Source: an uncultured bacterium
GTDB lineage: Bacteria; Babelota; Babeliae; Babelales; Vermiphilaceae
Length of the DNA stretch: 64,000 nt
Assembly: GCA_963701085.1 (NCBI GenBank)
Contig: OY969561.1
Span: forward strand, 1,056,001 to 1,120,000
Reading direction: 5' to 3'
The notes under the pieces are model-generated. The model worked only from the letters and a program-made list of their open reading frames with translations. It made no database searches and had not been told where the DNA came from. Below are positions 19,987-31,988 of the stretch, piece after piece; the first letter of the stretch is position 1, and each line of letters opens with the position of its first letter. Both the position numbers and the translations under genes were made by a program.

Positions 19987-21636
19987 ATGAATAGTGTAAA
20001 AATAGTTTTTCTTACCATCACGTTTTATTTTTTTTCTGGGTTAAATTTTTTGAGTGCAATGGAATCGGAAGTGAAACCAGCAGCAGAAAATGTTGCAATT
20101 TCACATACGAGTAGTTGGCAACAGGATTTAGCTAATTTATTAAATAATAAAAATTGGGATGATGATGGCTATCCAAAACAAGAATGGATCGACAATGCTG
20201 TTCAAGATGCTATAGAGCTTATTGAAGATAAGAAGAAGACGAGTGATGATCTTTTAAAGGAGCTGGGAGATGTATCGCGAAAATATTATAAGGATCGAGT
20301 TATACAAGTAAAAACTATACAAGATATAAAAAACAATTTTTTAGGAAATATTAAAGTTGCTCTGCAAAAGAAATCTGAACTGCAGCGAGTGGCAGAGAAA
20401 GAAAATAAAAAACTTCAAAAAAAGCAGGAAAAGCATGATCGAAAAGAGTTGTTTTTGAAAAAATTTGAAGAAAATAGACAACAACAGCAACAAAAATTAG
20501 AAAATGAGGCTCTGCAACTATTATTAGAGCAGCGTAAGAATGAGACGGTTTGGGAAAAATATTTAGCTGATTTATCAAAAGAAGAAAATTGGCATGATGG
20601 TGCTGAGATAGAACAAAAATGGATGAGTCGTATTGTGAAAAGTGGTGGAGAAAGTAGCGTGCCAACGCAGGCATGGATGGAAAAGGCTGCTGAATTTGCA
20701 GCAAAACTTATAAAAGAAGATAAAGCAACTACGATTAATATAGTGGTGCGTGCTCTTGATAAAGCATTATGGGATCATTATGCAAAGGTTCCTCAGAAAG
20801 TCTTTGTTGAAACAATTGAATTCGTAAAAGATAATTTTTATAAATTGTTGGAAAAAAAACAAGAATTAGAACGAAAAAGACAGAAACGGCAAGATAGACT
20901 AGCGGAACAAGAAAGACTAGAACAAGAGAAAGAAGAAAAACTAAACCAAGAAATAGACAAACTAATAAGGTCAGAAGAAGAAAAACAACAAAATGAGTAC
21001 AGACTAAAATATCAAGAATTAGAGCAAGAACTAAAACAAGGATTGAAACCATTATTAGGCAGAATCAGTGAGGGATGGAAAAAAGCACCAAGTGAAGATT
21101 GGCAAGGTAACATTGTCCGTGTTGCAAATGGGCTCATAAAAAAAAATAATACGCCAGCAAAAAGAAGTGAAATTTATAATCAAATAAACAACGCGATTAA
21201 TGGTTATAGCAAAACATTGTGGTTCCCTAATAGACAAGCAATAGCAGCTGCTAAAAATAATATCTTTAAGCAAATATATAGTGCTACTGTACCAGAGTTT
21301 AAGCAATTTGCTCACTATTTTAAAGAAGTTGCTCAAAGCCCAGCACAAGAAGACAATGGGATTGATATGCACTGGATTTATGATACAAAAGAAAGTTATT
21401 ACAATTTAAATCCAACAACGTTAAAAAAAATAGCAGATGATGCTGCAGTATTGATTAAAGATAGAATGGTGCCAAAAAGTGTCATTGAAAACATGATGAG
21501 TAGAGAGTTAGTAGAAGCACGGAGAGGTAAACATCCACAATTGCGGTCTCCAGGTCAACTAGGAATAATGAAAGCAACTCTCTACGCGAGTAGCAGAATT
21601 TTTGTGCAGGGCAGAAAATTGAATAAGTCTTTATAG
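19987..21636 (+). CDS. Secreted coiled-coil hypothetical protein
   Basis: 549-aa ORF with signal peptide ending LSA-ME and K/E/Q-rich helices. Confidence 0.75.
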   Translation: MNSVKIVFLTITFYFFSGLNFLSAMESEVKPAAENVAISHTSSWQQDLANLLNNKNWDDDGYPKQEWIDNAVQDAIELIEDKKKTSDDLLKELGDVSRKYYKDRVIQVKTIQDIKNNFLGNIKVALQKKSELQRVAEKENKKLQKKQEKHDRKELFLKKFEENRQQQQQKLENEALQLLLEQRKNETVWEKYLADLSKEENWHDGAEIEQKWMSRIVKSGGESSVPTQAWMEKAAEFAAKLIKEDKATTINIVVRALDKALWDHYAKVPQKVFVETIEFVKDNFYKLLEKKQELERKRQKRQDRLAEQERLEQEKEEKLNQEIDKLIRSEEEKQQNEYRLKYQELEQELKQGLKPLLGRISEGWKKAPSEDWQGNIVRVANGLIKKNNTPAKRSEIYNQINNAINGYSKTLWFPNRQAIAAAKNNIFKQIYSATVPEFKQFAHYFKEVAQSPAQEDNGIDMHWIYDTKESYYNLNPTTLKKIADDAAVLIKDRMVPKSVIENMMSRELVEARRGKHPQLRSPGQLGIMKATLYASSRIFVQGRKLNKSL

Positions 21637-21725
21637 TCCTTGCTATATTTACAATATCTCTATTTGGACGTACAATCATATGCGTGTTAAAAAACAGGCA
21701 TAATGATTTTTTATTGAGGAGGACT

Positions 21726-23762
21726 ATGGTTCCACAATTGTGTATTCTCGGATGTATAGCATTGCTCGGCCTTGTGGTTGTAGCAGTGCTTTTTTATGCT
21801 ATCCGAAAGTTAGAGGTTCATAACCAAAAAGCAGAACAAATTGCAGCAGCAATTCATGCTGGTGCGATGACGTTTTTGCAGGAAGAGTATAAAATTATTG
21901 CCGTGGTTGTTGCCATTGTTGCGATTATTTTAGGATTTATTTTTAAAAGTGGATTAGCAGCGCTGATATTTGTAGGCGGTGCATTTATTTCTATGCTTAT
22001 CGGTTTTATTGGTATGGTTGCGGCAACATCAGCTAATGTCAGAACAACAATTGCTGCAAAAGATGGTGGTGAACCAGCAGCATTTATGGTTTCATTTTAT
22101 GGTGGTGGTGTTATGGGATTTGCTGTTGCAAGCTTTGGCTTGTTAGCATTGACCAAAATTTTCTACTTATTTGGGAATCATCCTGACTTTGTTATATTGT
22201 TAACATGCTTTAGTCTTGGTGCAAGTTTAGTGGCATTTTTTGCGCGTGTTGGTGGTGGTATTTTTACCAAATCAGCAGATGTTGGTGCCGATTTAGTTGG
22301 TAAAGTTGAAGCAGGTATTCCTGAAGATGATCCTCGTAATCCTGCAGTTATTGCTGATAACGTTGGTGACTGTGTTGGTGATACTGCAGGCATGGGCGCT
22401 GATATTTATGAATCATATGTTGGCGCAATTGTTTCTACTGCAATATTGGCTATTGGCTCACAGATGGATCCTGAATATATACTGTTTCCTTTAGTTCTTG
22501 CAGGTATTGGTTTGGTCAGTTCTATTGTTGGTCTGCTATTTAACTTAGTATTACGCTGTGAACCAGCTGCAATGCTTCGCAATGCAACCTATGTAGCAAT
22601 TGTAGCTTTTCTTGCTGCAACGTATCTGTATCAGGTAAAGAATGGCATTGAAATGAGTTTATTCATTCCAATCGTGCTTGGATGTTTATCTGGAGTTGTT
22701 ATTGGTGCAATTACTGAATATTACACGGGTGGTCAACCGGTTATTAATATTGCAGAATGTTCACGATCTGGTGCAGCAACTAATATAATTTACGGTCTTT
22801 CTGTTGGTATGGAATCAACCGTAGCGCCGGTAATTATTTTAGGACTCATTGTATTGGTAGCACATCATTTTGGTGGTTTGTATGGTATTTCCATTGCAGC
22901 AGTTTCTATGCTTTCTACCGTTGGTATAACCATGACTGTTGATGCTTATGGCCCGATTGCAGATAATGCTGGTGGTATTGCGGAAATGGCAGGATTTGGA
23001 CCAGAAGTCAGAAAAATTACTGATAAGCTTGATGCATTGGGTAATACTACTGCGGCAATTGGTAAAGGTTTTGCAATTGGTTCAGCATTGCTTACCGCTC
23101 TTGCAATATTTTCTGCATATGCGCAACAAGCAGGAATTGATGTTCTTAATATTTTGGATCCGTATATTTTAACGGGTGTATTTATTGGTGGCACGGTGCC
23201 ATTTGTTATTTCAGCATTAACAATGCGTTCAGTCAGTGATGCTGCAATGAAAATGGTGATGGAAGTTCGTCGTCAGTTTAAAGAAATTCCTGGTATCATG
23301 GCAGGAACTGCGCAGCCTGATTATAAACGTTGTGTTGCAATCAGTACCAAGGCTTCATTGCGGGAAATGGTATTGCCTGGTGTATTAACGATCTCTATTC
23401 CCGTAATTGTTAAGTATACACTTGGCGTGCATGTTCTCGGTGGTGTCCTTGTAGGAGCAACTGTTGTTGGTGTATTGCTTGCACTTTTGATGGCAAATGC
23501 TGGTGGTGCATGGGATAATGCTAAGAAATATATTGAAGCTGGTAATTTGGGTGGTAAAGGATCGGTTGCTCATATGTCAGCGGTTATTGGTGACACGGTA
23601 GGCGACCCTTTCAAGGATACATCTGGCCCAGCACTTAATATTTTAATTAAGTTAATGTCGATCGTTTCATTGTTACTAGTTCTTAGTTGGTTAGAAAATA
23701 ACATGTGTAAAAAAAAGAGCTGCAGAATTTCTGTGGCTCTTTTTGCGTGGTGCAGAATATGA
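21726..23762 (+). CDS. hppA: Membrane-bound pyrophosphatase, K+-dependent, probably Na+-translocating
   Basis: [76 protein letters not shown]; gaggagg RBS before ATG 21726. Confidence 0.96.
   Translation: MVPQLCILGCIALLGLVVVAVLFYAIRKLEVHNQKAEQIAAAIHAGAMTFLQEEYKIIAVVVAIVAIILGFIFKSGLAALIFVGGAFISMLIGFIGMVAATSANVRTTIAAKDGGEPAAFMVSFYGGGVMGFAVASFGLLALTKIFYLFGNHPDFVILLTCFSLGASLVAFFARVGGGIFTKSADVGADLVGKVEAGIPEDDPRNPAVIADNVGDCVGDTAGMGADIYESYVGAIVSTAILAIGSQMDPEYILFPLVLAGIGLVSSIVGLLFNLVLRCEPAAMLRNATYVAIVAFLAATYLYQVKNGIEMSLFIPIVLGCLSGVVIGAITEYYTGGQPVINIAECSRSGAATNIIYGLSVGMESTVAPVIILGLIVLVAHHFGGLYGISIAAVSMLSTVGITMTVDAYGPIADNAGGIAEMAGFGPEVRKITDKLDALGNTTAAIGKGFAIGSALLTALAIFSAYAQQAGIDVLNILDPYILTGVFIGGTVPFVISALTMRSVSDAAMKMVMEVRRQFKEIPGIMAGTAQPDYKRCVAISTKASLREMVLPGVLTISIPVIVKYTLGVHVLGGVLVGATVVGVLLALLMANAGGAWDNAKKYIEAGNLGGKGSVAHMSAVIGDTVGDPFKDTSGPALNILIKLMSIVSLLLVLSWLENNMCKKKSCRISVALFAWCRI
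23712..23744. terminator. Intrinsic terminator (copy 1 of a 33-bp direct repeat)
   Basis: aaaaagagctgcagaatttctgtggctcttttt. Confidence 0.75.
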
Positions 23763-23817
23763 ATAACTTGAAAACAAATGAGCTCTATGCCATCCTGTTA
23801 TTGAGCAAGACTCTTTC

Positions 23818-24066
23818 ATGATCATGAACTATAAAGGAACTCAGATGCTAAAAAATAAGGCCCCTTTATCTAAAATTACTCCGCAATATATTATTGATAA
23901 AGCTGGTAAAAAAACAGGCGTAATTCTTGATATTCTTGCCTTTGAGCAGCTTTTGGAAGAAATAGAAGATATTTATTTTGGATCCATTGCTCATAAAGCA
24001 TTACATGAAGAAGATGAGTATATTACGCATACCGATGTTAAAAAAAAGATAGCTAGGAAACGTTAA
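23818..24066 (+). CDS. Putative type II antitoxin
   Basis: QYIIDKAGKKTGVILDILAFEQLLEEIED; stop overlaps the toxin start (taatg). Confidence 0.75.
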   Translation: MIMNYKGTQMLKNKAPLSKITPQYIIDKAGKKTGVILDILAFEQLLEEIEDIYFGSIAHKALHEEDEYITHTDVKKKIARKR

Positions 24067-24350
24067 TGGCAAGTAATTTTGAAGACTTTTCTATTGTATG
24101 GCTTAAATCTGCCCATAAAAGTTTTGAAAAATTACCTATGCTTACCCAAAAATCTATTATAAAGCAGATAGATCTTTTACCCACTTCTTACGAAAATAGT
24201 GATATAAAAAAACTCAAAGGTCATTCAGATCTTTACCGGTTACGAGTCGGTGACTATCGCATTATTTTTTCAATAAATAAACAAGCGCAACAAATTCGCA
24301 TATCTGCTGTTGGTCATCGAAGAGATATTTATAATTTAATCAGTAACTAA
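24066..24350 (+). CDS. RelE/ParE-family toxin
   Basis: IKKLKGHSDLYRLRVGDYRIIF..VGHRRDIY. Confidence 0.92.
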   Translation: MASNFEDFSIVWLKSAHKSFEKLPMLTQKSIIKQIDLLPTSYENSDIKKLKGHSDLYRLRVGDYRIIFSINKQAQQIRISAVGHRRDIYNLISN

Positions 24351-24367
24351 ATTTTTTTTGAAAACGT

Positions 24368-24400
24368 AAAAAGAGCTGCAGAAATTCTGTGGCTCTTTTT
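24368..24400. terminator. Intrinsic terminator (copy 2 of the 33-bp direct repeat)
   Basis: aaaaagagctgcagaaattctgtggctcttttt, 32/33 identical to 23712-23744. Confidence 0.8.
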
Positions 24401-24482
24401 TTTTATGTGCATGATGATGCAAGTTGTTGCGGTTGGCGCAATAATAACCGTATGCTGAAGATATAAAAAAAGGAGTGACGTC

Positions 24483-26018
24483 ATGAAAACAATATTTCAT
24501 AAGAAGTTTCTCTACTACATTTTAAGTTGCTATAGTTACTCAGCGAATTTTTCATTAGCGCTCGCCCTGAACAGTTTTATCCCCATCTTCAGTTCCTTTC
24601 AATGGGGTCCCCGGTTTGGAGTGAAACGAAAACTGGGGCAAAAGGGTGTCTTCGAGCGCTCGAGGATATCCTTTTGCCCCAGTTTTCGTTTTATTCCAAT
24701 CGGGGTCCCCATCAAGAGAAGTCGAAGATGGGGTGAGCTGACGAGCGCGGGGAATAAAGGGCAAGACTATTGGTTGTTATTATATTGTTTGTTAAGCATT
24801 GGTGCATTGTCGTATGCAGATGATATGCCTTTTAAACTTGGTGTTGAAAATATTCCCACTTCATTATTTAAAAAAATCTGTCCTCATAAAAAAAATGATT
24901 CTTGCATGGTTGGTTTAATCACCAATCAGACCGGTGTTGATCAAAAAGGTGTGCGAACAATTGATATTCTTGTGCAGCGCGGATGCGCATTGCGGTATAT
25001 TTTTGCTCCAGAACATGGGTTGAATGGTGTTCTTGCCGAGCGTGATGTGCACGATTCTGTTGATAAAAAAACAGGTGTTCCGATTATTAGTTTGTATGGC
25101 AATGGTTCGGGAAAAATGATTGCACCTGAGTATTTGAATAACATTGATTTTTTAATATTTGATATTCAAGATTCTGGCATGCGCCACTATACCTATATTT
25201 CTACACTGCTTAACACCATGAAAATCGCCGCAGAACATAATAAACCATTTGTGGTGTTAGATAGACCTAATCCATTGGCAACAGTTATGGAGGGCCCTCT
25301 TGTTGCTCCCGAACTTATCTCATTTATTTCCATTGCCCCGATTCCATTACGTCATGGCATGACCATTGGCGAACTTGCATGGTATTTTAATAAACATGTT
25401 TTAGATAAACCGGCAGTGTTGCACGTGGTTAAAATGAAAAATTATGATCGTACACAAGGTTTTGTTGGTGAACTTGTGCATCAATTATCACCAAATCTGC
25501 AATCACTACAATCATGTTATGGCTACAGTTTTTTAGGATTATTGGGAGAAATAGAACCGTTTGATGTTGGTGTTGGTACACCTATGGCGTTCCGTTGTAT
25601 TGCATTACCAGAAAGCATGCACGTGCCGCATGGTGTATGGGAACGGTTGCAAACAATACTCAGTTCATTTGGGGTGCAAAGTTTTCCATATCACCATGTT
25701 AATACAAAGAATAAAAAGAAGAATAGAGGATTGCGGTTGGAGTTTTCTGATGTTAATGATCTGCATGCATTTGAGCTTTTTATTACGATTTTGCAGTTTT
25801 TTAAAAAAGAGAAGATAACATTTTCTTTTTCAGCGGCGTTTAATAAAGCGGTGGGGACTAAGGATGTACAAGAATTAATTGCGGGAAATGTGTCCGAGCG
25901 CCAGTTTTTTAGACAAATACATAAAGATTTGCAACGCTTTCACCGGCGTGCGCAATCTTCATTCTTTTACCAACCAGCACCCGTAATTGCGTGTAAATCT
26001 TTGATCACCTCTTTGTGA
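24483..26018 (+). CDS. namZ: Exo-beta-N-acetylmuramidase NamZ (DUF1343/YbbC) family, with a palindromic insert in the N-terminal leader
   Basis: VGLITNQTGVD, FAPEHG, PIISLYG, FDIQDSGMRHYTYISTL, VLDRPNP, RHGMTIGELA. Confidence 0.88.
   Translation: MKTIFHKKFLYYILSCYSYSANFSLALALNSFIPIFSSFQWGPRFGVKRKLGQKGVFERSRISFCPSFRFIPIGVPIKRSRRWGELTSAGNKGQDYWLLLYCLLSIGALSYADDMPFKLGVENIPTSLFKKICPHKKNDSCMVGLITNQTGVDQKGVRTIDILVQRGCALRYIFAPEHGLNGVLAERDVHDSVDKKTGVPIISLYGNGSGKMIAPEYLNNIDFLIFDIQDSGMRHYTYISTLLNTMKIAAEHNKPFVVLDRPNPLATVMEGPLVAPELISFISIAPIPLRHGMTIGELAWYFNKHVLDKPAVLHVVKMKNYDRTQGFVGELVHQLSPNLQSLQSCYGYSFLGLLGEIEPFDVGVGTPMAFRCIALPESMHVPHGVWERLQTILSSFGVQSFPYHHVNTKNKKKNRGLRLEFSDVNDLHAFELFITILQFFKKEKITFSFSAAFNKAVGTKDVQELIAGNVSERQFFRQIHKDLQRFHRRAQSSFFYQPAPVIACKSLITSL
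24558..24748. repeat. ~190-bp composite hairpin: family-A element with matching inserts in both arms
   Basis: gcgctcgccctgaac...tcgagcgctcga (24652-24663)...gacgagcgc; arms pair, e.g. aaacgaaaactggggcaaaagg with ccttttgccccagttttcgttt. Confidence 0.9.
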
Positions 26019-26083
26019 GTGTTAAAGTTTATCGCTTCCTGCTAATTTTGTAATTATCCATTTTAAACCATAATAAATGTTGC

Positions 26084-27144
26084 TCATAAAGGTGGTAATT
26101 CCATTCCATATAAAGCTGATGGCTCGAGTAACATATATTGGTTGAGGTTTAGGTTCCTCGCTAACTTCGGTTTTAATTTTTTAGGTATTTCGACCACAGT
26201 TGGTGAAGGATGCTGCTCGTAAGTACTTATTACTGATTCTGGTTCTAGTGTTTCTTCTTCTGAAGGGACTTCTTCTACCGTCCCTGGTTCTTGAATAGGT
26301 TCTTCTTCTGGTATAATTGATATGATCATTGTGGGCTGATTGTGTTGCAATGTTATTTCTAGATAGAATAACGTTTGATCTGGCAGGCATGTTTTTATTT
26401 GAGCCAATTTGCTTTCTATTGTTGGCCACTGTTATTGGTTGCTACGTAATTAATGTAAGTTATCGCTTCTTCGTTAAGTTTGTTTATATATATAGTTGGA
26501 TCTTGTTTTACTTTTTTAATTATTTCTACTGTGCCAGATAGTCCTCGAAAATAGAGAGGAGTATATATCGAAAAATCTATTTTTGGATTTTCATGTGGAT
26601 GGTATTTTATTATATTTTCGAGCAGTTCTTTTTCTTTTTTTTCCTCACTATGTGCAACTATTAATTGTCGGGAAATTTGTTGTGGTATTTGTTTCACTTT
26701 TTGTTTTTTTTGAATGGATTGTTGTCCTAAATCAAAATACTCCTTTAAGATGGGATCACTTTCTGGAAAATAACTCTTTAAAATTGCTAATTTTACTTCT
26801 GATGTTGGGTATATAGGGTTGTTGATAATCCATTGAATACCTTTATTTGCATGGCTATTTAACTGTTCTTTATATTCTTTAAGTAGAAATAAGAATGTAG
26901 TGTTAGTAGGGTTTTTTTTGCGTAATTCAGTTAATTTGTTTATTTGTTTGGAAATAGGTTCAAAATAACCAAATTTGTAAATCAACTTATTGTTGTTGAG
27001 GTCTTCTTTTAGTTGATCAAGGGTTTCTAAATAGCCTTCTTTTATAGGATATTCTTTTAATTCAAGAAGAGGATTCATGCCACATGCATTAAAAAAGATC
27101 ATGATCATGCTGAATGTAGCAATATGCAAAGAATTATATTTCAT
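26084..27144 (-). CDS. Secreted hypothetical protein, apparently split by a frameshift near 26420
   Basis: ORF 26416-27144 (signal ending ACG-MN) followed by 26084-26407 in another frame. Confidence 0.5.
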
Positions 27145-27234
27145 GTGACCTACTCTTTTTTTTTACTATTGAATTCCATTTTTTTAATTAGTTTGTTTCA
27201 TAAGTTTATATTTTTATGCAAATGCGCCGATCAA

Positions 27235-28792
27235 CTAAAATGGCCACCATGAACGCAAATAGCTAAAGAAGTTACCAAAGGTTTGTTTTATTGCGGTGAA
27301 TTGAGTAGTTATCCATGATGGTATCCATCTTTGTGATTCTTGTCTCTCTTGTTCCAATATTCTTGCTCGTTCTAATAACTCTTGGTCTAGCCTTCGTTCT
27401 TCTCTCTCTCGATATTTTAGTCTTGCCTCGTTTTGTTGTTTTTCTTCTGCTGACCTTATTAGTTTGTCTAATCTCTCTTGCTCTAGTCTTTGTTCCTCTG
27501 CTATTTGTTGGTCATGTTTTTCATAGTCTTTTAGCGCATTTAGAATTTTGTTTCGATCCTCTGTGGTAATGCGCTCGTTTTGTGCATTTTTTGCTACTTC
27601 TCTTCTAAAGCCGGCATTAAGAGCTCTAAGACATTTCTCTGTAAGTTGTGCAGATTCTGATATTTTCTTTTGCTGCTCTTGTTCTAGTCTTTCTTGTTCC
27701 GCTAGTCTTTTTTGCTCTGCTATTATTACTTGTTCTAATTGCTTTTGTTCATCTCTTTGTTGTTGCAGTTTCCATTCTCGATAAGAACTGGCTTCTTTAA
27801 ACTTTTGATCTAGTTTGTTATATCGTTCAGAGAACTCATTTTGAAGATTTTTTCGTAAATCCGCAAGGAGCACAAGGTAATCAAAAAGCTGGTCTATGGT
27901 AAAATTTGTGTAATCTACTAATATTTGTTGATCGATTTCGGTGAACAAATTTATTTGATGAGAGACAATGCTGAGTAACTCCTGGTATGTTTCTTTTTTT
28001 GTTAGTCTCTTCGGGGTTTTTTGAATTTTTTAACTGAGCAATAGATGCTTCTAGATTTGTTTTATATGTACGGAGAGCTTTTAAGGGAATTTCTTCTTTT
28101 TGTAGCTTAGTTTTCAGTTGATCGTTGAATTGAAGTTCTAGTTTATCTATCTCTGTTTCAATTTCTGCCTTTTTGTCCAAACCAAAAGGATAGTTCACGT
28201 TGTTCAATTTCGTATTACTCTTTGAGTCTCGTGAGCTTGTAGGTTTTTTATAGAGAGAAGATTCAAGTTCTTTATAGATAGCCGGTTGAGGGAGATTATA
28301 GAGATCGGTTAATATGTTGAGTTTGTTTTTTAAACCGATTGGTTGTTGGTTGAGATCTTCGATTATCTTGTTAATGGTTTTGCCATTAATAATTTTTAGC
28401 GTGTAATCTATGGCGCTCAATTTATTTTTTGTTAGTTTTTTGGGCGTTTGAAGCTTTGATGAAATATCATCAATGATAGGTTTATATTTTTCTTGTTTAA
28501 GCTCATCAATATTTTTAATTTGCTCTGAAAGTGATTTGATTCTTTTTTGAGTGGATTTTTGTTGTAAAAAGCTGATAGGTTGTTTTTTAAGTGGCAATGC
28601 TTTTGAAATCTCTTTTTTTTGTTTCTCGGAGAATGAAGATTCAGAAATCATTGATTGAGGCAAATCAATAGTCCTTGGTTCAGAACGTTCAAAAAAACTT
28701 GATTGCATCAAGTCTCCTTCCATGCTCAAAGCTGGAGAGGTGATCGTAAGCATGATAAGTAACGCTGCATACAACGAATTATATTTTTTCAT
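27235..28792 (-). CDS. Secreted coiled-coil hypothetical protein, apparently split by a frameshift near 27950
   Basis: Overlapping ORFs 27881-28816 (MKKYNSLYAALL..ALS-ME) and 27235-27948. Confidence 0.55.
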
Positions 28793-29254
28793 AGTTTTTT
28801 TACTCATTTTTAACATTATTGCTTTCTATCGTCTTGTTTCTATTATACAGGATTTTATAAATAAAATGTAAGACTCGGTACTTTTTTTTTATACAATCAT
28901 GCAGTTTGGCTCATTGCGAGCCTTTTTGCATTTGATGTGGATTGGAATATTGAGTGAAGGGGAGGAGGGTAAAATAGACCATTTTTTGATAAATGAATTA
29001 CCCATAGGCGTTTTTAGAGAAATGTTTTTGCAAATGATTTACTTGTTTTTATTTGAGTAGAGGTCATTTTTTATTGCAAAATTGAGCTGTTCGCTCCTTG
29101 TGGCTGCGGCAATAGAAAGATGTTATGCCTGTGTTTTTTTATCCTAAATGAATTAAAAACAATTCGACGGTTGAAAAATATTTAAGAATATATTTTCTAT
29201 AAAAAGTTGAAAAAACTATTTGATTATAGGGGAGTTAGTCATTATCCTAGAATG

Positions 29255-29270
29255 ATACAACATGTTGTCT
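29255..29270. promoter_or_regulatory. Possible NrdR box upstream of nrdA
   Basis: Palindrome acaacatgttgt; core CAACATGTTG resembles the NrdR consensus; ~160 bp upstream of nrdA. Confidence 0.4.
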
Positions 29271-29431
29271 TTTTTCATATAGCAACTATTTTAAAAAAGT
29301 TTTATATAAAAATAAGTTTTTTTAGTGCGCTTGTAATGCTTCAAACGCACTAATTAATCGTTGTATTTTTGTCCTCTAACAAGATGTATAGAATTAGTAG
29401 TGTGTAACACCTAAAAAAATTAAAGGATGAT

Positions 29432-31987
29432 ATGGAACAGCACGATCGTGTTTCAACCGCACCTTTTTTGACAAGTGATGCGGGTGAAAAAACAGAAAAA
29501 AATTTATATATGTTTTCTGTTGTAAAACCTGATGGAGTTCGGGAGATAGTAAGTGAAAAGCGGTTGCGACGAACGATTGGCTGGGCCTGCGTTGGGTATG
29601 AATCTTTTGTTGATGTTGAGTTAATTCTGAGTGAAACATTAAAAAATGTTTTTGATGGAATTACTCCTCAAGGCATAGCAGATGCTTTGATGCTAGCAAC
29701 AGTTACCTTTATTGAGCGTGATCCTGCGTATGGTAAAGTTGCGGTACGTTTACAGTTAAAAAAATTGTTTAAACAGGTAACACATAGTTCTATTATACGT
29801 ACTGATAGTGAAGAAGTTTATCGTAAATCTTTCGTGACTGGTATTACAACAGGCATAGATCTTGAACTGCTTGATGAACGTTTAGCTAGTTTTGATTTGG
29901 AATATCTTGCACAACAGTTATGTATTGAGCGGGATAATTTATTTGATTATATGGGTGTTAATACGTTGTATAAACGGTATTTTCTTAAACATGAAATACG
30001 TCATATAGAATTACCGCAAGTTTTTTGGATGCGTATTGCGATGGGGCTTGCGTATAATGAAGCAGATAAAAATAAAGCTGCTGTTGATTTTTATAACGTG
30101 ATGTCAACATTGCATTATGTACCAAGTACGCCAACATTGCTCCATGCAGGCCTCTTGCGCCCACAATTAAGTTCTTGCTTTCTTTCAACCGTGGAAGATG
30201 ATTTGGTGGATATTTTCAAAAGTTATTCAGATTCTGCGTTGCTTGCAAAATGGTCTGGGGGCGTTGCCGTTGATTGGAGTAATATTCGTGCCTGCGGAGC
30301 GATGGTCAATTCTATTAAAACGGAAAGCCAAGGTGTATTGCCGTTCTTGAAAATTAATAATGACGTTGTTGCGGCAATTAATAGAAGTGGTAAACGGCGT
30401 AGTGCTGCGGTTGTATATCTTGAAACATGGCATTTAGAAATTGAAGATTTTATTGATTTGCGCAAAAATACTGGTGATGAACGTCGTCGTACCCATGATA
30501 TTAATACCGCAAACTGGATTCCTGATCTGTTTATGAAGCGCGTAATTGCTGATCAAGAGTGGACATTGTTTTCTCCTGAAGAGACTCCTGATTTGCATCA
30601 TTTATATGGCAGTGCATTTGAAAGACGTTACACAGAGTATGAAGAGCTCGTGAAATTAAATGCTATCAAAATGCACAAGACACTTTCTGCACGAGGTTTG
30701 TGGCGTAAGATGTTAAGCCGATTATTTGAAACAGGTCATCCATGGATTACGTTTAAAGATGCATGTAACGTACGTTCACCGCAGGATCATGTTGGTGTTG
30801 TTCATAGTTCTAACTTATGTACAGAAATTACCCTTAATACTTCAGCACAGGAAATTGCCGTATGTAATTTGGGGTCAATTAATCTTGCATATCATGTGGC
30901 AAACGGCAAACTTGATGAAGAAAAATTAAGTAAAACAGTTGCGGTTGCCGTGCGCATGTTGGATAACGTTATTGATATCAACTATTATCCGGTTAAAGAA
31001 GCGCAAACATCCAATATGCGTCATCGTCCGGTCGGCCTTGGGGTTATGGGCTTTCAGGATTTATTGTATCAGGTAGGTCTTAATTTTTCATCAGAGAAAG
31101 TAATTGAATATTCTGATGAAGTAATGGAGTTGATTGCATATTATACCATTTTGACCTCATCGCAATTGGCCAAAGAACGTGGAGCATATGCATCGTACAA
31201 AGGTTCTAAGTGGGACCGTAATATTTTCCCTCAAGATACTATTGATCTTTTGGAAAAAGAACGCGGTGTTGCTATTGAATGTTCACGCGGTGGTAAACTT
31301 GATTGGACTCCCGTTCGTGAGCATGTACAGCGCCATGGTATGCGTAACTCAAATGTTATGGCAATTGCGCCAACAGCAACCATTGCAAATATTGCAGGAG
31401 TGTTCCCTTCTATTGAGCCGATTTATAAAAACATCTATGTTAAAACAAATATGAGTGGTGAATTTACCATTGTTAATAACTATTTGGTTGATGATTTAAA
31501 GGCTCTTGGATTGTGGGATCATGAGATGCTTGAATTGCTCAAGTATTATGATGGTAATGTGCAGATGATTGATGCTATTCCCCAAAATTTAAAAGATAAA
31601 TATCAAGAAGCGTTTGAGATTGGTCCATTACATCTTATTAATATTACTGCAGCACGTGGTAAATGGCTTGATCAAAGTATATCGCACAATGTTTTCATGA
31701 AAGGTGTTTCAGGGAAAATGTTGAACGATATTTATGTTGCTGCGTGGAGAGCTGGTCTTAAAACAACGTATTATTTGCGTACGCTTGGTGCGAGTCAGAT
31801 TGAAAAAGCAAGTTTGGATGCAAATAAGTTTGGCTTTACGCAAAAACGAATTTATAAAACAATGGATGGCGCAGTAGTTGAACTTGCTGAAATAGATAAA
31901 CAAGATGTTGTTTCATCAGATGAAGATATTGTTGCGGGTACTTCATGCAGTATTTCAGATGATCCTGCATGTGATGTGTGTCAATAA
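29432..31987 (+). CDS. nrdA: Ribonucleoside-diphosphate reductase alpha subunit (class I, N-terminal ATP-cone-like region)
   Basis: PSTPTL, QLSSCFL, SSNLCTEI, VCNLGSINL, AIAPTATI, KTTYYLR, C-terminal CDVCQ. Confidence 0.97.
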   Translation: MEQHDRVSTAPFLTSDAGEKTEKNLYMFSVVKPDGVREIVSEKRLRRTIGWACVGYESFVDVELILSETLKNVFDGITPQGIADALMLATVTFIERDPAYGKVAVRLQLKKLFKQVTHSSIIRTDSEEVYRKSFVTGITTGIDLELLDERLASFDLEYLAQQLCIERDNLFDYMGVNTLYKRYFLKHEIRHIELPQVFWMRIAMGLAYNEADKNKAAVDFYNVMSTLHYVPSTPTLLHAGLLRPQLSSCFLSTVEDDLVDIFKSYSDSALLAKWSGGVAVDWSNIRACGAMVNSIKTESQGVLPFLKINNDVVAAINRSGKRRSAAVVYLETWHLEIEDFIDLRKNTGDERRRTHDINTANWIPDLFMKRVIADQEWTLFSPEETPDLHHLYGSAFERRYTEYEELVKLNAIKMHKTLSARGLWRKMLSRLFETGHPWITFKDACNVRSPQDHVGVVHSSNLCTEITLNTSAQEIAVCNLGSINLAYHVANGKLDEEKLSKTVAVAVRMLDNVIDINYYPVKEAQTSNMRHRPVGLGVMGFQDLLYQVGLNFSSEKVIEYSDEVMELIAYYTILTSSQLAKERGAYASYKGSKWDRNIFPQDTIDLLEKERGVAIECSRGGKLDWTPVREHVQRHGMRNSNVMAIAPTATIANIAGVFPSIEPIYKNIYVKTNMSGEFTIVNNYLVDDLKALGLWDHEMLELLKYYDGNVQMIDAIPQNLKDKYQEAFEIGPLHLINITAARGKWLDQSISHNVFMKGVSGKMLNDIYVAAWRAGLKTTYYLRTLGASQIEKASLDANKFGFTQKRIYKTMDGAVVELAEIDKQDVVSSDEDIVAGTSCSISDDPACDVCQ

Positions 31988-31988
31988 T

